A DNA stretch of 64,000 nucleotides, taken from NCBI GenBank assembly GCA_964505065.1, contig CAZDGF010000009.1, positions 1,226 through 65,225 on the forward strand, given 5' to 3'. The DNA comes from an uncultured Chitinophaga sp. (GTDB lineage Bacteria > Bacteroidota > Bacteroidia > NS11-12g > UBA955). A program made the position numbers and the translations under genes. Under the pieces are notes generated by a model that had not been told where the DNA came from, did not search any database, and was given only the letters and a program-made list of their open reading frames with translations. Position 1 is the first letter of the stretch. The number at the start of each line of letters is the position of its first letter. Of this stretch, positions 47,027-57,383 are shown in pieces.

Positions 47027-47446
47027 ATGAACAAACTTTTGCTTCTAGTAATCGCCCTGCTATTTACCACAAAAACCTATGCCCATACTACCGATAGTAG
47101 CCGCAGTATGCTTGTGGGTGATAGTGTAATAATAGCCAAATGTCCCAAAGATGGCTTTAAATACATTCAATATTATAAAAAAACACGCTTTCCTAACCCA
47201 AATGCTACTTACAATAAAACAACTGGAGATGATTTTTATGAATCCTTTTTTTTAGATGGTGATTTTGATGCAAAGGCTTTACCATGCGAATTTGGAAACA
47301 AAAAATATAAAATAATAAGCATTAAAATATTTGCAGATAAAACAACTGGAGCGGACAGACCAGTAATGTTTTTAGAACTTGCGCCTAATACTGTGGCTTG
47401 GGTTGAGGTGGCTGCAGTAGCCGCTGTGGAGGTGTATGTAGAATAA
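47027..47446 (+). CDS. Hypothetical secreted protein
   Basis: Signal peptide MNKLLLLVIALLFTTKTYA. No recognised domain. Confidence 0.5.
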   Translation: MNKLLLLVIALLFTTKTYAHTTDSSRSMLVGDSVIIAKCPKDGFKYIQYYKKTRFPNPNATYNKTTGDDFYESFFLDGDFDAKALPCEFGNKKYKIISIKIFADKTTGADRPVMFLELAPNTVAWVEVAAVAAVEVYVE

Positions 47447-47531
47447 TAAAATTTTTGATTTTTAGATTTTTCAATTTTGATTTTAATGGTTAAAGAGATA
47501 GGCTCTATTGAGCTTATCTAAATATCGAAGT

Positions 47532-49844
47532 ATGATTTTATCTTTGTTAATATTTAAAAAGTTTTTATTCAAATGCTTGAAAGCATTTTGTTGGTGTGTG
47601 TTAGTATTTATGCTTATGCATATTTTATTTCCATTAAAAGTTAAGGTTAATTATTCCACAGCTGTTCTTTCTTCGGAGGGTGTTTTGCTAAATGCTTATT
47701 TAAACAAAGAAGACAAATGGCGCATAAAAACAGATATTAAAAAAGTATCGCCATTGTTAATGAAAACTATTTTAGCCAAAGAAGACAAATGGTTTTATTG
47801 GCATTTTGGGGTAAACCCAATAGCCATTGCCAAAGCAGGATTTAAAAATATTGTAAGCGCCAAAAGAGTAAGCGGTGCTTCTACTATTAGCATGCAAGTG
47901 GCAAGGCTTTTAGAACCTAAAAAACGTACTTTTTTAAATAAAATAATTGAGTTATTTAGAGCCACCCAACTGGAATTTAAATACAGTAAGGACGAAATAT
48001 TGGAACTATACCTTAATTTATTGCCTTATGGAAGCAATATTGAGGGCATTAATGCAGCTTCGCTTATTTATTTTGGCAAACAACCCCATGCTCTTAGCCT
48101 TTCTGAAAGTACTATTTTAGCCATTATACCCAATAGACCCACAAGCCTAAATATTAAAAATAAATATGTAGCCATTTTAAAATCGAGAAATTATTGGCTA
48201 AATTATTTTAAAGAGAATGAAATTTTTGACCCTCAATTAATAGCAGATGCGCAATTAGAGCCTATCAATATTCAAAAAAACGAATTGCCAAAAATAGCCC
48301 CACATCTATGCTACAGGCTAAAAACCTCATATTCCGATAGTGCTTATATTAGCAACACCATAAAATACCAATTGCAACTACAAGCTGAAAATATTTTAAA
48401 AAATTATATAGAAAAAACCAAAGCTCAAAATATTAGAAACGGCAGCATTTTAGTGGTTGAAAACAAAACTGGCAACGTAATTATATACTGCGGCAGCAAT
48501 AATTTTGCCGATAATGAAAATGCAGGACAAGTAGATGGCACACAAGCTTTGCGCTCTCCAGGAAGTGCATTAAAACCATTTTTATATGCTCAAGCTTTTG
48601 ATATGGGCTTATACACACCCAATAGCGTATTGTATGATGTGCCTATAAACATTAATGGCTATCAACCACAAAACTACGACAAGGGGTATAATGGGGCTGT
48701 AACCCTGCGGCAGGCTTTAGCCTATTCGCTTAATATTCCTGCGGTAAGTGTGCTGAACGAGGTAGGTATTTCTGCATTTAGCAATACTTTAAAAAAAACA
48801 GGATTTAGCCATATAAAAACTAAAAACATGGGGCTAAGCCTTGCCTTGGGTGGCTGCGGTGTTACATTACAAGAACTAACATGTGCATATAGCACACTTG
48901 CAAACTATGGCAAATATAAGCCCCTCAATTTTTTAAAAAGTGAAATTAAAAATAATGGAATAAACACCATAAGCGAAGAAGCTGCTTATTTAACAACTGA
49001 TATACTGCAAACTTTAGTACGCCCGGATATTCCCTCTTCATTTTTTAACAATACTTTTCGCATACCCAAGGTGGCTTGGAAAACAGGCACAAGCTATGGG
49101 CGCAAAGATGCTTGGGCTATTGGTTATAACAAAGATTATACTGTGGGTGTGTGGGTTGGCAATTTTGATGCCGAGGGTGTACCCAGTTTAAGCGGTGCTG
49201 AAATAGCAACTCCTCTCCTATTTGAAATATTTAATACTATAGATTACAACTCTACAAAAAAATGGTTTGCCCCGCCAAAAGGTATTGAATACCGCTATGT
49301 GTGTAGCAAAACGGGCAATTTGCCAGCAGTATTTTGTACAGATAAAATTACCGACCAATACATAGGAAATAAAACGCTTCAAAAAAACTGTAACCACCTA
49401 ATAGAAATACCTGTAAATGCTGATAGTAGTTTATGCTACTGCAATAGCTGTTTGCCAAACGAAACTGTAATAAATAAATTTTACCCAAACCTACCTGCAA
49501 CGCTTATAAACTATTATGTTCAAGAAAAAATAGTATATAAAGCCATACCCAAACACAATCCCAATTGCACATGCATATACCAAACCAATGGTCCCAAAAT
49601 AGTATCGCCCAGCCATGGCTCGGAGTATTTAATAGAAACAGAAAGCCAAGCGCAAATAATGCTGAATGCAGAGGCAGACAATAAAGCAAGCAAAATACTT
49701 TGGTATGTAAATGATAAATTGGTAAAAGAAGGACTGCCAAACCAAGCGGTATTTATAACCCCACCTATAGGCAATGTAAAAATTACATGTAGCGATAATT
49801 TGGGGCGAAGTAGCCATATTACAATTGTAACTAAAGCATTCTAA
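47532..49844 (+). CDS. pbpC: Penicillin-binding protein 1C (bifunctional glycosyltransferase/transpeptidase)
   Basis: GT51 motifs EDKWFYWHFGVNP, GASTISMQVARLL. Transpeptidase SPGSALKP and KTGTS. PBP1C-type C-terminal domain. The track TTG start at 47508 overlaps an upstream hairpin, so the ATG at 47532 is preferred. Confidence 0.85.
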   Translation: MILSLLIFKKFLFKCLKAFCWCVLVFMLMHILFPLKVKVNYSTAVLSSEGVLLNAYLNKEDKWRIKTDIKKVSPLLMKTILAKEDKWFYWHFGVNPIAIAKAGFKNIVSAKRVSGASTISMQVARLLEPKKRTFLNKIIELFRATQLEFKYSKDEILELYLNLLPYGSNIEGINAASLIYFGKQPHALSLSESTILAIIPNRPTSLNIKNKYVAILKSRNYWLNYFKENEIFDPQLIADAQLEPINIQKNELPKIAPHLCYRLKTSYSDSAYISNTIKYQLQLQAENILKNYIEKTKAQNIRNGSILVVENKTGNVIIYCGSNNFADNENAGQVDGTQALRSPGSALKPFLYAQAFDMGLYTPNSVLYDVPININGYQPQNYDKGYNGAVTLRQALAYSLNIPAVSVLNEVGISAFSNTLKKTGFSHIKTKNMGLSLALGGCGVTLQELTCAYSTLANYGKYKPLNFLKSEIKNNGINTISEEAAYLTTDILQTLVRPDIPSSFFNNTFRIPKVAWKTGTSYGRKDAWAIGYNKDYTVGVWVGNFDAEGVPSLSGAEIATPLLFEIFNTIDYNSTKKWFAPPKGIEYRYVCSKTGNLPAVFCTDKITDQYIGNKTLQKNCNHLIEIPVNADSSLCYCNSCLPNETVINKFYPNLPATLINYYVQEKIVYKAIPKHNPNCTCIYQTNGPKIVSPSHGSEYLIETESQAQIMLNAEADNKASKILWYVNDKLVKEGLPNQAVFITPPIGNVKITCSDNLGRSSHITIVTKAF

Positions 49845-49875
49845 AAAAATTTATCCAAAAATTGCGGAAATTAAA

Positions 49876-50020
49876 CCCAAATTCAGCAATAGAATTGCTG
49901 AATCGAATAACAAATTGTAAATCATGTTTTTACAAAACATAATTGCAATTTCTAAATCGGGGTTAATCCCAACTAAATCAAATAGTTCAATTTTTCAAAT
50001 TTCCTATTGATTAATTTGGG
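49876..50020 (+). mobile_element. 145-bp MITE-like element, copy 3
   Basis: 4 of 145 differences to each other copy. Flanks are TTAAA and TTTAA (4/5 match). Abuts the rplQ terminator. Confidence 0.8.
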
Positions 50021-50023
50021 TTT

Positions 50024-50056
50024 AACAAAAAAACCCAATAGCATAAACTATTGGGC
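50024..50056 (-). terminator. Rho-independent terminator of the ribosomal super-operon (after rplQ)
   Basis: Minus strand: CCCAATAG-TTTATG-CTATTGGG followed by TTTTTTTGTT. Starts 24 bp after the rplQ stop. Confidence 0.75.
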
Positions 50057-50079
50057 TTATAAATATGATGCAATGTTTA

Positions 50080-50574
50080 TTATGCGATTTCTTCTGGTGC
50101 TTCTTCAGTAGCAGCAGGTGTATCAGCTTTGGTTTCAGCAGTTTTAGTACTTGCTCTACCTCTTCTTGTTTTTGGTTTAGCAGATTTGTTTTTTTTACCA
50201 AAAGATGGTGCTAATTCGTTAAAATCTACCAGTTCTATCATTGCCATTTCAGCATTATCGCCAATACGTGTGCCAAGTTTTAATATTCTTGTATATCCAC
50301 CTGGGCGAGTAGCCACTTTTTCGGCTACAGTGCTAAATAATTCTTTGATACTATCTTTGTCATGCAAATAAGCAAAAACAGTTCTACGAGAGTGCGTAGT
50401 ATCATTTTTTGATTTGGTAATGATAGGCTCAACATACGTTCTCAATGCTTTAGCTTTAGCCAAAGTGGTAGTTAAACGTTTATGTTTAATTAATGATATG
50501 GTAAGATTTGCCATTAAGGCTCTTCTATGCGAGGCTGTTCTGCCTAATTTATTTACTTTATTTCCGTGTCTCAT
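50080..50574 (-). CDS. rplQ: 50S ribosomal protein L17
   Basis: [24 protein letters not shown]. Lys/Ala/Glu-rich C-terminal tail. Confidence 0.95.
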   Translation of the reverse strand: MRHGNKVNKLGRTASHRRALMANLTISLIKHKRLTTTLAKAKALRTYVEPIITKSKNDTTHSRRTVFAYLHDKDSIKELFSTVAEKVATRPGGYTRILKLGTRIGDNAEMAMIELVDFNELAPSFGKKNKSAKPKTRRGRASTKTAETKADTPAATEEAPEEIA

Positions 50575-50589
50575 CTTATACTGTTAAAA

Positions 50590-51582
50590 TTATTCCTCTT
50601 CTAAGTTGTATTTTGCTACATCCATACCAAAATTCAAACCTTTTTCTCTTACAAATTCTTCTAATTCAGACAAAGATTTTTTACCGAAATTTCTAAATTT
50701 CAATAAATCATCAATATCAAAACTTACCAACTCGCCCAAAGTGCGTATTTCTGCGGCTTTTAAGCAATTGTAGGCTCTTACTGATAAATCTAAATCGGCC
50801 AAATTGGTTTTTAAGATTTTACGCATGTGTAAGAAATTCTCATCTACCTCTTGGCTTGGTTTTTTAACTTGGCTATCCAATAATATGTTTTCATCGCTAA
50901 ACAAAATAAAATGTTGGATTAAGATATTTGCAGCTTCTTTCAAAGCATTTTCGGGATGTATTGAACCATCAGTTTGCAGTTCAATTATTAATTTCTCATA
51001 ATCCGTTTTTTGCTCTACCCTAAAATCTTCAATTGTATATTTAACATTTTTAATTGGGGTATAAATAGCATCAATTGGAATTAATCCTATTTGCGCATCT
51101 TTTGGTTTGTTTTCTTCAGCAGCTATATAACCTCTACCTTTATCTATAGATATTTCTAACTCTAAAGTTACAAATGGCTCCATATTACAAATTACTAAAT
51201 CTGGATTTAATATTTCAAAAGTATTAGTAAATCTTGAAATATCACCAGCTGTAAATTGTTCCTTACCTTTTATGCTGATAAATATTTTTTCGTTATCATC
51301 GCCTTTAGATACTTTTTTCAAACGTACTTGTTTGAAATTTAAAACTATTTCGGTAACATCTTCTACTATACCTTTTATGGTAGAAAACTCATGGTCAACA
51401 CCTTGAATTCTGATAGTAGTAATGGCATAACCTTCTAAAGAAGAAAGTAAAATTCTACGTAAAGAATTACCGATAGTAATACCGTATCCTTTTTCAAGTG
51501 GGCTAAATTCAAACAGACCATAAAAGTCTGTATCTTTATGCATTATAACTCTTTCGGGTTTTTGGAATGCTAATATTGGCAT
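50590..51582 (-). CDS. rpoA: DNA-directed RNA polymerase subunit alpha
   Basis: [14 protein letters not shown] (NTD) and [22 protein letters not shown] (CTD). Confidence 0.95.
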   Translation of the reverse strand: MPILAFQKPERVIMHKDTDFYGLFEFSPLEKGYGITIGNSLRRILLSSLEGYAITTIRIQGVDHEFSTIKGIVEDVTEIVLNFKQVRLKKVSKGDDNEKIFISIKGKEQFTAGDISRFTNTFEILNPDLVICNMEPFVTLELEISIDKGRGYIAAEENKPKDAQIGLIPIDAIYTPIKNVKYTIEDFRVEQKTDYEKLIIELQTDGSIHPENALKEAANILIQHFILFSDENILLDSQVKKPSQEVDENFLHMRKILKTNLADLDLSVRAYNCLKAAEIRTLGELVSFDIDDLLKFRNFGKKSLSELEEFVREKGLNFGMDVAKYNLEEE

Positions 51583-51607
51583 TTTTATTTGATTATTGTT
51601 TTTAAAA

Positions 51608-52213
51608 TTATTTAGAGTAAAGCTCTACTATTAATTGCTCGTTTATGTTTTCTGGAATTTCTGTTCTATCGGGCATATTTACAAATACACCGCTCATTTC
51701 TTTATCGTTCCAATCTAACCAACCGAATTTTTTTCTGCCACTTCCTAAAGAATCGGTAATAGCCTCCATTGATTTAGATTTTTCTCTAACAGAAACAGAA
51801 TATCCAGCTTTCAATTGATAAGATGGGATGTTTACTATTTCTCCATTTACCAAGATGTGTTTGTGTAATACTATTTGACGAGCAGCACTTCTTGTAGGTG
51901 CTATACCCATTCTATATACTACGTTATCTAATCTTGATTCTAAGAATTTCAATAAGTTTTCGCCAGTAACACCTCTTTTGGTAACAGCTAATGCAAATGT
52001 TTTAGCAAACTGACGCTCCAATACTCCATAAGTATATTTCGCTTTTTGTTTTTCAGCTAATTGAATTGCATATTCAGATTTTTTACCTCTTCTACGGGTA
52101 TTTCCGTGCATACCAGGACCATAAGGCTTTTTATCTAAAGCTTTATCTGGACCGAATATTGCTTCGTTAAATTTACGGGCTATTTTTGATTTTGGACCTC
52201 TATATCTTGCCAT
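51608..52213 (-). CDS. rpsD: 30S ribosomal protein S4
   Basis: [15 protein letters not shown]...[13 protein letters not shown]. Confidence 0.95.
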   Translation of the reverse strand: MARYRGPKSKIARKFNEAIFGPDKALDKKPYGPGMHGNTRRRGKKSEYAIQLAEKQKAKYTYGVLERQFAKTFALAVTKRGVTGENLLKFLESRLDNVVYRMGIAPTRSAARQIVLHKHILVNGEIVNIPSYQLKAGYSVSVREKSKSMEAITDSLGSGRKKFGWLDWNDKEMSGVFVNMPDRTEIPENINEQLIVELYSK

Positions 52214-52248
52214 TTCTTTTTATTCTATTTTACTCTATAATTTAACTG

Positions 52249-52638
52249 TTATATACGTCTGCGTTTTGGAGGGCGACAACCATTGTGCGGCATTGGTGTA
52301 GTATCTTTTATAGACATTACTTCAATTCCTATTGCTGCTAAATTTCTGATGGCAGAATCTCTACCAGAACCAGGACCTTTAACAAAAACATCTACCTTTC
52401 TTAAACCCAAATCGAATGCTACTTTGCCACAATCTTGGCTTGCCAATTGTGCAGCATAAGGCGTATTCTTTTTAGAACCTTTAAAACCCATTTTACCTGC
52501 AGACGACCAAGATATTACTTCGCCATTTGTATTGGTAACAGATACAATAATATTGTTAAAAGAGGCTCTAATATGAACCTGACCAATAGGGTCTATTTTA
52601 ACTTTTCTTTTACTTTTGTTTGATTTAGATGTACTCAT
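52249..52638 (-). CDS. rpsK: 30S ribosomal protein S11
   Basis: [14 protein letters not shown]...[13 protein letters not shown]. Confidence 0.95.
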   Translation of the reverse strand: MSTSKSNKSKRKVKIDPIGQVHIRASFNNIIVSVTNTNGEVISWSSAGKMGFKGSKKNTPYAAQLASQDCGKVAFDLGLRKVDVFVKGPGSGRDSAIRNLAAIGIEVMSIKDTTPMPHNGCRPPKRRRI

Positions 52639-52645
52639 TTATCTA

Positions 52646-53023
52646 TTATTTGGTAGCTTTTTTCTTGTTAGCAACAGTTTTACGTTTTCCTTTGCGGGTA
52701 CGTGCATTGTTTTTAGTTCCTTGTCCTCTTAATGGCAATCCTTTACGATGACGAGTGCCTCTATAACAACCTATATCCATTAAACGTTTAATGTTAAGTT
52801 GAACTTCAGAACGCAATTCGCCCTCTGTTTTAAACGAGCCCGAAATAATATTTCTTATTGCTGTTAGCTCATCATCGTTCCACTCGCCCACTTTCTTATC
52901 GTGGTCTATACTTGCTTGAGTTAATATGCTGGTAGCTCTGCTTGAACCAACACCAAATATATAGGTTAAACCTATAACACCTCTTTTATTTTTGGGTAAA
53001 TCTATACCTGCTATTCTTGCCAT
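52646..53023 (-). CDS. rpsM: 30S ribosomal protein S13
   Basis: [14 protein letters not shown]...[16 protein letters not shown]. Confidence 0.95.
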   Translation of the reverse strand: MARIAGIDLPKNKRGVIGLTYIFGVGSSRATSILTQASIDHDKKVGEWNDDELTAIRNIISGSFKTEGELRSEVQLNIKRLMDIGCYRGTRHRKGLPLRGQGTKNNARTRKGKRKTVANKKKATK

Positions 53024-53139
53024 TATCCTTGTCTTTGTTTGTATTTAGGGTTTTTTTTGTTGATTACAAAAAGCTTGCCTTTGCGCTTTACCAGTTTGCA
53101 GTCTACACTGCGCTTTTTTACTGAAGTTCTAACTTTCAT
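53023..53139 (-). CDS. rpmJ: 50S ribosomal protein L36 (38 aa; not in ORF track)
   Basis: Manual translation [38 protein letters not shown]. Its TAA overlaps the rpsM ATG (TAATG). Confidence 0.9.
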   Translation of the reverse strand: MKVRTSVKKRSVDCKLVKRKGKLFVINKKNPKYKQRQG

Positions 53140-53148
53140 GTTCTTTTA

Positions 53149-53367
53149 TTATTTATATCTGTATGAAATTCTACCTCTTGTTAAGTCATAAGGACTCATC
53201 TCCACTTGTACTTTATCGCCAGGTAATATTCTTATATAGTTCATTCTCATTTTGCCTGAAATAGTAGCTATAATTTCAATACCATTAGCTAATTTTACTC
53301 TAAACATAGCGTTGCTCAATGCTTCTTCAATTGTACCATCTTGCTTTATCGAACTTTGTTTAGCCAT
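53149..53367 (-). CDS. infA: Translation initiation factor IF-1
   Basis: [19 protein letters not shown]...[16 protein letters not shown]. Confidence 0.95.
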   Translation of the reverse strand: MAKQSSIKQDGTIEEALSNAMFRVKLANGIEIIATISGKMRMNYIRILPGDKVQVEMSPYDLTRGRISYRYK

Positions 53368-53406
53368 GTTTTTGGGGGTGCAAATTTAATGTTTTTTTTT
53401 GAATTA

Positions 53407-54759
53407 TCAAATTGATTGTGTTGCGCCTGCTCTTCCTTTTATTCTACCCGATTTCATTAAGCCATCATAATGGCGCATTAATAGATAGCTTTCTATTTGT
53501 TGTAATGTATCTAAAACCACACCTACCATAATTAACAACGATGTTCCTCCAAAAAATTGGGCAAAGTTTGAATCTATGTTAAAAAGTTTTGCTATAGCTG
53601 GTAATATTGCTATTAAAGCTAAAAATATGGCACCTGGTAAAGTTATTCTGCTCATTACCTCATCAATATAGTTACTTGTTTGGGCGCCAGGTTTAATGCC
53701 AGGTATAAATCCTCCACTTTTCTTCATTTCCTCAGCCATTTGATTTGGGTTAATAGTAATAGCTGTGTAAAAATAAGTAAATGCAATAATTAAAGTTGCA
53801 AATACTACATTGTACCACAATGAACCAAAATCGCTCAAACTACGCATGAAAGTACTTTCTACACCAATATTATTTTGCATTAAAGTTGGTGGAATAAACA
53901 TTAAAGCTTGTGCAAATATTATGGGCATTACACCTGCTGCATTTACTTTTAATGGAATATACTGACGTGCGCCACCCAATGTTCTATTGCCTTCAATTCT
54001 TTTGGCATAGTTTACAGATATTTTTCTTACACCTTGTATCAATAATATTGTAAATACAATAACTACCAACCAAAATACCATTTCAATAATAAACAAAGGT
54101 AATCCTCCTTTTACAAATCTAGCATCAAGTTCTGCAAAAATAGCTTCAGGCAATCTATCCACTATACCTACCATAATGATTAATGAAATACCATTTCCTA
54201 ATCCTTTATCTGTTATTTTTTCGCCAAGCCACATAGTAAACATTGTACCTGCAACTAACATTACAACATTCAATATCATAAATGTAGATTCGCTCAATAA
54301 AGCAGGATTAGTAATAAATAATAAAGCCCCTGCATTATCTGTTTTAGATGTAATGTTGTATAAATAACCTACCGCTTGAACAGCTGTAATTGCTATGGTT
54401 AAAACTCTAGTATATTGGTTAATTTTTCTTCTACCATCTTCGCCTTCTTTTTGCATACGCTGAAAGAAAGGAACAGCTATTGTTAATAATTGAATTACAA
54501 TAGATGCAGAAATATAAGGCATAATACCTAATGCAAATATTGAACCTCTACCAAAAGCACCGCCTGCAAAAGTATTAACTAAACCTAAAAATCCATCGGT
54601 TTGTTTTTGTAAGCCAGCAAGCAATTGACCATCTATACCAGGTAAAATAATAAATGTACCCACTCTATAGATAAGCAAAAACAATAGTGTGTTAATAATT
54701 TTAACTCTTAACTCATCTATACTCCAAATTTCTTTTATTTTCTGAATAAATTTCTTCAT
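53407..54759 (-). CDS. secY: Preprotein translocase subunit SecY
   Basis: 10 TM helices. GSIFALGIMPYISASI, ITDKGLGNGISLII. Confidence 0.95.
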   Translation of the reverse strand: MKKFIQKIKEIWSIDELRVKIINTLLFLLIYRVGTFIILPGIDGQLLAGLQKQTDGFLGLVNTFAGGAFGRGSIFALGIMPYISASIVIQLLTIAVPFFQRMQKEGEDGRRKINQYTRVLTIAITAVQAVGYLYNITSKTDNAGALLFITNPALLSESTFMILNVVMLVAGTMFTMWLGEKITDKGLGNGISLIIMVGIVDRLPEAIFAELDARFVKGGLPLFIIEMVFWLVVIVFTILLIQGVRKISVNYAKRIEGNRTLGGARQYIPLKVNAAGVMPIIFAQALMFIPPTLMQNNIGVESTFMRSLSDFGSLWYNVVFATLIIAFTYFYTAITINPNQMAEEMKKSGGFIPGIKPGAQTSNYIDEVMSRITLPGAIFLALIAILPAIAKLFNIDSNFAQFFGGTSLLIMVGVVLDTLQQIESYLLMRHYDGLMKSGRIKGRAGATQSI

Positions 54760-54781
54760 TAGCTATGCTGAACTTGTATAA

Positions 54782-55237
54782 TTATTTAGTTGCTATTAAT
54801 GTAGTAGAACCACCTTTTTCTTCAATAGCTTTTTTGGCTGTTTCAGAAAATCCGTGTGCATGAACTTCAAGTTTTGCTTTCAACTCACCTCTACCTAATA
54901 TTTTATACAATTCTGTTTTTGAAATTAAATTGCTATTTAAAATAGTTTCGTGAGTAATGGTTGTAACATTGTGTGCATCAGCAATTTTTTGCAAAGTATC
55001 TAAATTAATACCAGCATATTCTACACGGTTAAAGTTTTTAAACCCACCTTTAGGAATACGTCTTTGCAATGGCATTTGACCACCTTCAAAACCTTTTTTA
55101 CGTGAATAACCACTTCTGCTTTGCGCACCTTTGTGTCCTCTTGTAGATGTACCGCCTTTACCAGACCCAGTACCTCTACCTATTCTTTTAGAGCTTTTTA
55201 TCGAACCTTTTGCAGGTTGTAGTGAACTTAAATCCAT
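54782..55237 (-). CDS. rplO: 50S ribosomal protein L15
   Basis: RIGRGTGSGKGGTSTRGHKGQ-like N-terminus. Confidence 0.95.
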   Translation of the reverse strand: MDLSSLQPAKGSIKSSKRIGRGTGSGKGGTSTRGHKGAQSRSGYSRKKGFEGGQMPLQRRIPKGGFKNFNRVEYAGINLDTLQKIADAHNVTTITHETILNSNLISKTELYKILGRGELKAKLEVHAHGFSETAKKAIEEKGGSTTLIATK

Positions 55238-55238
55238 C

Positions 55239-55418
55239 TTAAATATTTTCTACTTTTACTAAATGGTTAACTTTTCTTAATATCCCTTTTATTTGAGGCG
55301 TAGCTTCTACTTCATTAAAACTATTAATTTTTTTTAAGCCTAATGCCTCCATATTTTTTTCTACTCTTGTAGATTGCCCAATTGTACTGCGGGTTTTTGT
55401 AATTCTTATTTTAGCCAT
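55239..55418 (-). CDS. rpmD: 50S ribosomal protein L30 (59 aa; just below the ORF-track cut-off)
   Basis: Manual translation MAKIRITKTRSTIGQSTRVEKNMEALGLKKINSFNEVEATPQIKGILRKVNHLVKVENI. Confidence 0.9.
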   Translation of the reverse strand: MAKIRITKTRSTIGQSTRVEKNMEALGLKKINSFNEVEATPQIKGILRKVNHLVKVENI

Positions 55419-55426
55419 GATATTGC

Positions 55427-55960
55427 TTATCCGTTAAAAACTTTCTTTAAATTTATACCTCTTTGTTTGGCTACAGCAAATGGGTCTCTTAATTTAGTTA
55501 AAGCATCAAGTGTTGCTTTTACCACGTTATGAGGATTTGATGAACCTTTAGATTTTGCTAACACATTATGAATACCTGCGCTTTCTAATACTGCACGCAT
55601 AGCACCACCTGCAATAACACCTGTACCACCAGAAGCTGGCTTAATGAATACAAAACCACCGCCAAACTTTCCAATTTGCTCGTGTGGTATAGTACCTTTT
55701 AAAATAGGTACTTTTACTGTATTTTTTTTAGCATCTTCTATGGCTTTGGTTATAGCATCGGTTACCTCGCCTGCTTTACCCAATCCGTGTCCTACAGTGC
55801 CGTTACCATCGCCTACTACTACAATAGCAGTAAAACTAAATGTACGACCACCTTTTGTAACCTTGGCAACACGGTTAATTGCTACCACTTTATCTTTAAG
55901 GTCCGATTCTGTTTGTCTTACGGCTCCTCTATTATCTCTATTATTATTGTTATTAGACAT
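55427..55960 (-). CDS. rpsE: 30S ribosomal protein S5
   Basis: [16 protein letters not shown]...[13 protein letters not shown]. Confidence 0.95.
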   Translation of the reverse strand: MSNNNNNRDNRGAVRQTESDLKDKVVAINRVAKVTKGGRTFSFTAIVVVGDGNGTVGHGLGKAGEVTDAITKAIEDAKKNTVKVPILKGTIPHEQIGKFGGGFVFIKPASGGTGVIAGGAMRAVLESAGIHNVLAKSKGSSNPHNVVKATLDALTKLRDPFAVAKQRGINLKKVFNG

Positions 55961-55971
55961 TATTTTAATGA

Positions 55972-56325
55972 TTAAAATTGTAAACCACCTTCTCTTGCGC
56001 CTTCTGCTAAACTTTTAACTCTACCATGGTAAAGAAATCCGTTTCTATCAAAAACTACTTTTTCTACACCAGCAGCTTTTGCTTTTTCAGCTATTCTTTT
56101 TCCTACTATAGAAGCTTTAGCTACATTGGTTTCTTTCATTGCATTGATATCTTTTTCTTGCGATGAAGCTGCACAAACTGTTTCATTTTTAATGTTTATT
56201 ATTTGGGCATATATTTCTTTATTGCTACGGAATATAACCAAACGTGGTCTATCACTACTTGGTATTATAGCACCAGTAACTCTACGTTTTATTTTAAGTC
56301 TTCTTTCTAATCTTACGTTGCTCAT
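55972..56325 (-). CDS. rplR: 50S ribosomal protein L18
   Basis: [18 protein letters not shown]...[26 protein letters not shown]. Confidence 0.95.
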   Translation of the reverse strand: MSNVRLERRLKIKRRVTGAIIPSSDRPRLVIFRSNKEIYAQIINIKNETVCAASSQEKDINAMKETNVAKASIVGKRIAEKAKAAGVEKVVFDRNGFLYHGRVKSLAEGAREGGLQF

Positions 56326-56337
56326 TTGCTTAATTTA

Positions 56338-56895
56338 TTATTTTTTAGACGCTGATTTACCTGCTTTTCTTCTTAATTGTTCGCCAGCAAATTTGATACC
56401 TTTACCTTTATATGGCTCTGGTGTTCTGAAAGAACGAATTTTAGCAGCTATTTGACCAACTAATTGTTTATCGGCACTTTCTAAAATGATTTCTGGATTT
56501 TTTCCTTTTTCAGTAATTGTAGTTACTTTTACTTCTTTTGGTATTTCTAACATTATTCTGTGAGAGTATCCAACAGATAAATCTAAAACTTGTCCAATAT
56601 TAGAAGCTTTATAACCTACACCTACTAATTCTTGTTTTGTTGTATGGCCATCTTTAACACCTATAACATTGTTATTAATTAAAGAACGGTATAATCCGTG
56701 TAATGCTTTGCTTTGTTTTTCTTCATTAGGGCGAGCAATTGTAAGAATACCATCTTTAATTTCTACATTAAATCCTGGTTTTAATTCTTGAAATAACTCT
56801 CCTTTTGGACCTTTAACAGATACCACATTTTCAGCAGAAACTTTAATTTCTACCCCACTTGGAATTGATATTTGGGCTTTTCCTATTCTTGACAT
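56338..56895 (-). CDS. rplF: 50S ribosomal protein L6
   Basis: MSRIGKAQISIPSGVEIKV...EPYKGKGIKF. Confidence 0.95.
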   Translation of the reverse strand: MSRIGKAQISIPSGVEIKVSAENVVSVKGPKGELFQELKPGFNVEIKDGILTIARPNEEKQSKALHGLYRSLINNNVIGVKDGHTTKQELVGVGYKASNIGQVLDLSVGYSHRIMLEIPKEVKVTTITEKGKNPEIILESADKQLVGQIAAKIRSFRTPEPYKGKGIKFAGEQLRRKAGKSASKK

Positions 56896-56914
56896 TTTCT
56901 TTTCTTAACTTAAT

Positions 56915-57313
56915 TTATGATACATAACAAAGTACTTCGCCACCTACATTAAGTGTTCTTGCTTCTTTATCGGTAATTACACCTTTAGAAGTAGAAATGA
57001 TAGCAATACCTAATCCATTAATTACTCTTGGCAAGTTATCTGCAGGTGCATATTTACGCAAACCTGGTTTACTTACTCTTTTTATTTCAACAATAGCTGG
57101 TCTTCTTGTTATTGCATCATATTTTAATGCAACTTTAATTACACCTTGCTTATTTTCAGTTTCCTCAAATTTATAATTTAAGATATAACCTTTTTCAAAT
57201 AATACTTTTGTCATCGCTTTTTTAAGGTTCGATGCTGGTATTTCTACAATTCTGTGTTTTGCAGCCATTGCGTTTCTTAAACGTGTTAGGTAATCTGCTA
57301 TTGGGTCTGTCAT
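56915..57313 (-). CDS. rpsH: 30S ribosomal protein S8
   Basis: [14 protein letters not shown]...[14 protein letters not shown]. Confidence 0.95.
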   Translation of the reverse strand: MTDPIADYLTRLRNAMAAKHRIVEIPASNLKKAMTKVLFEKGYILNYKFEETENKQGVIKVALKYDAITRRPAIVEIKRVSKPGLRKYAPADNLPRVINGLGIAIISTSKGVITDKEARTLNVGGEVLCYVS

Positions 57314-57383
57314 TTTTTGTTATTTTTTATTTTTTGATGTTTACAAATAAATCGTAAATTATCTTGTTTTTATTTTAATATTC

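Noticed and set aside
21676-50020. The three 145-bp repeats as a CRISPR array or as tRNA or other RNA genes.
   Set aside because: The copies are 19 kb and 9 kb apart, one is inverted, and there is no repeat-spacer periodicity and no cas genes. I see no tRNA cloverleaf or conserved T-loop (GTTCGA) features. Terminal inverted repeats and flanking duplications fit a MITE better.
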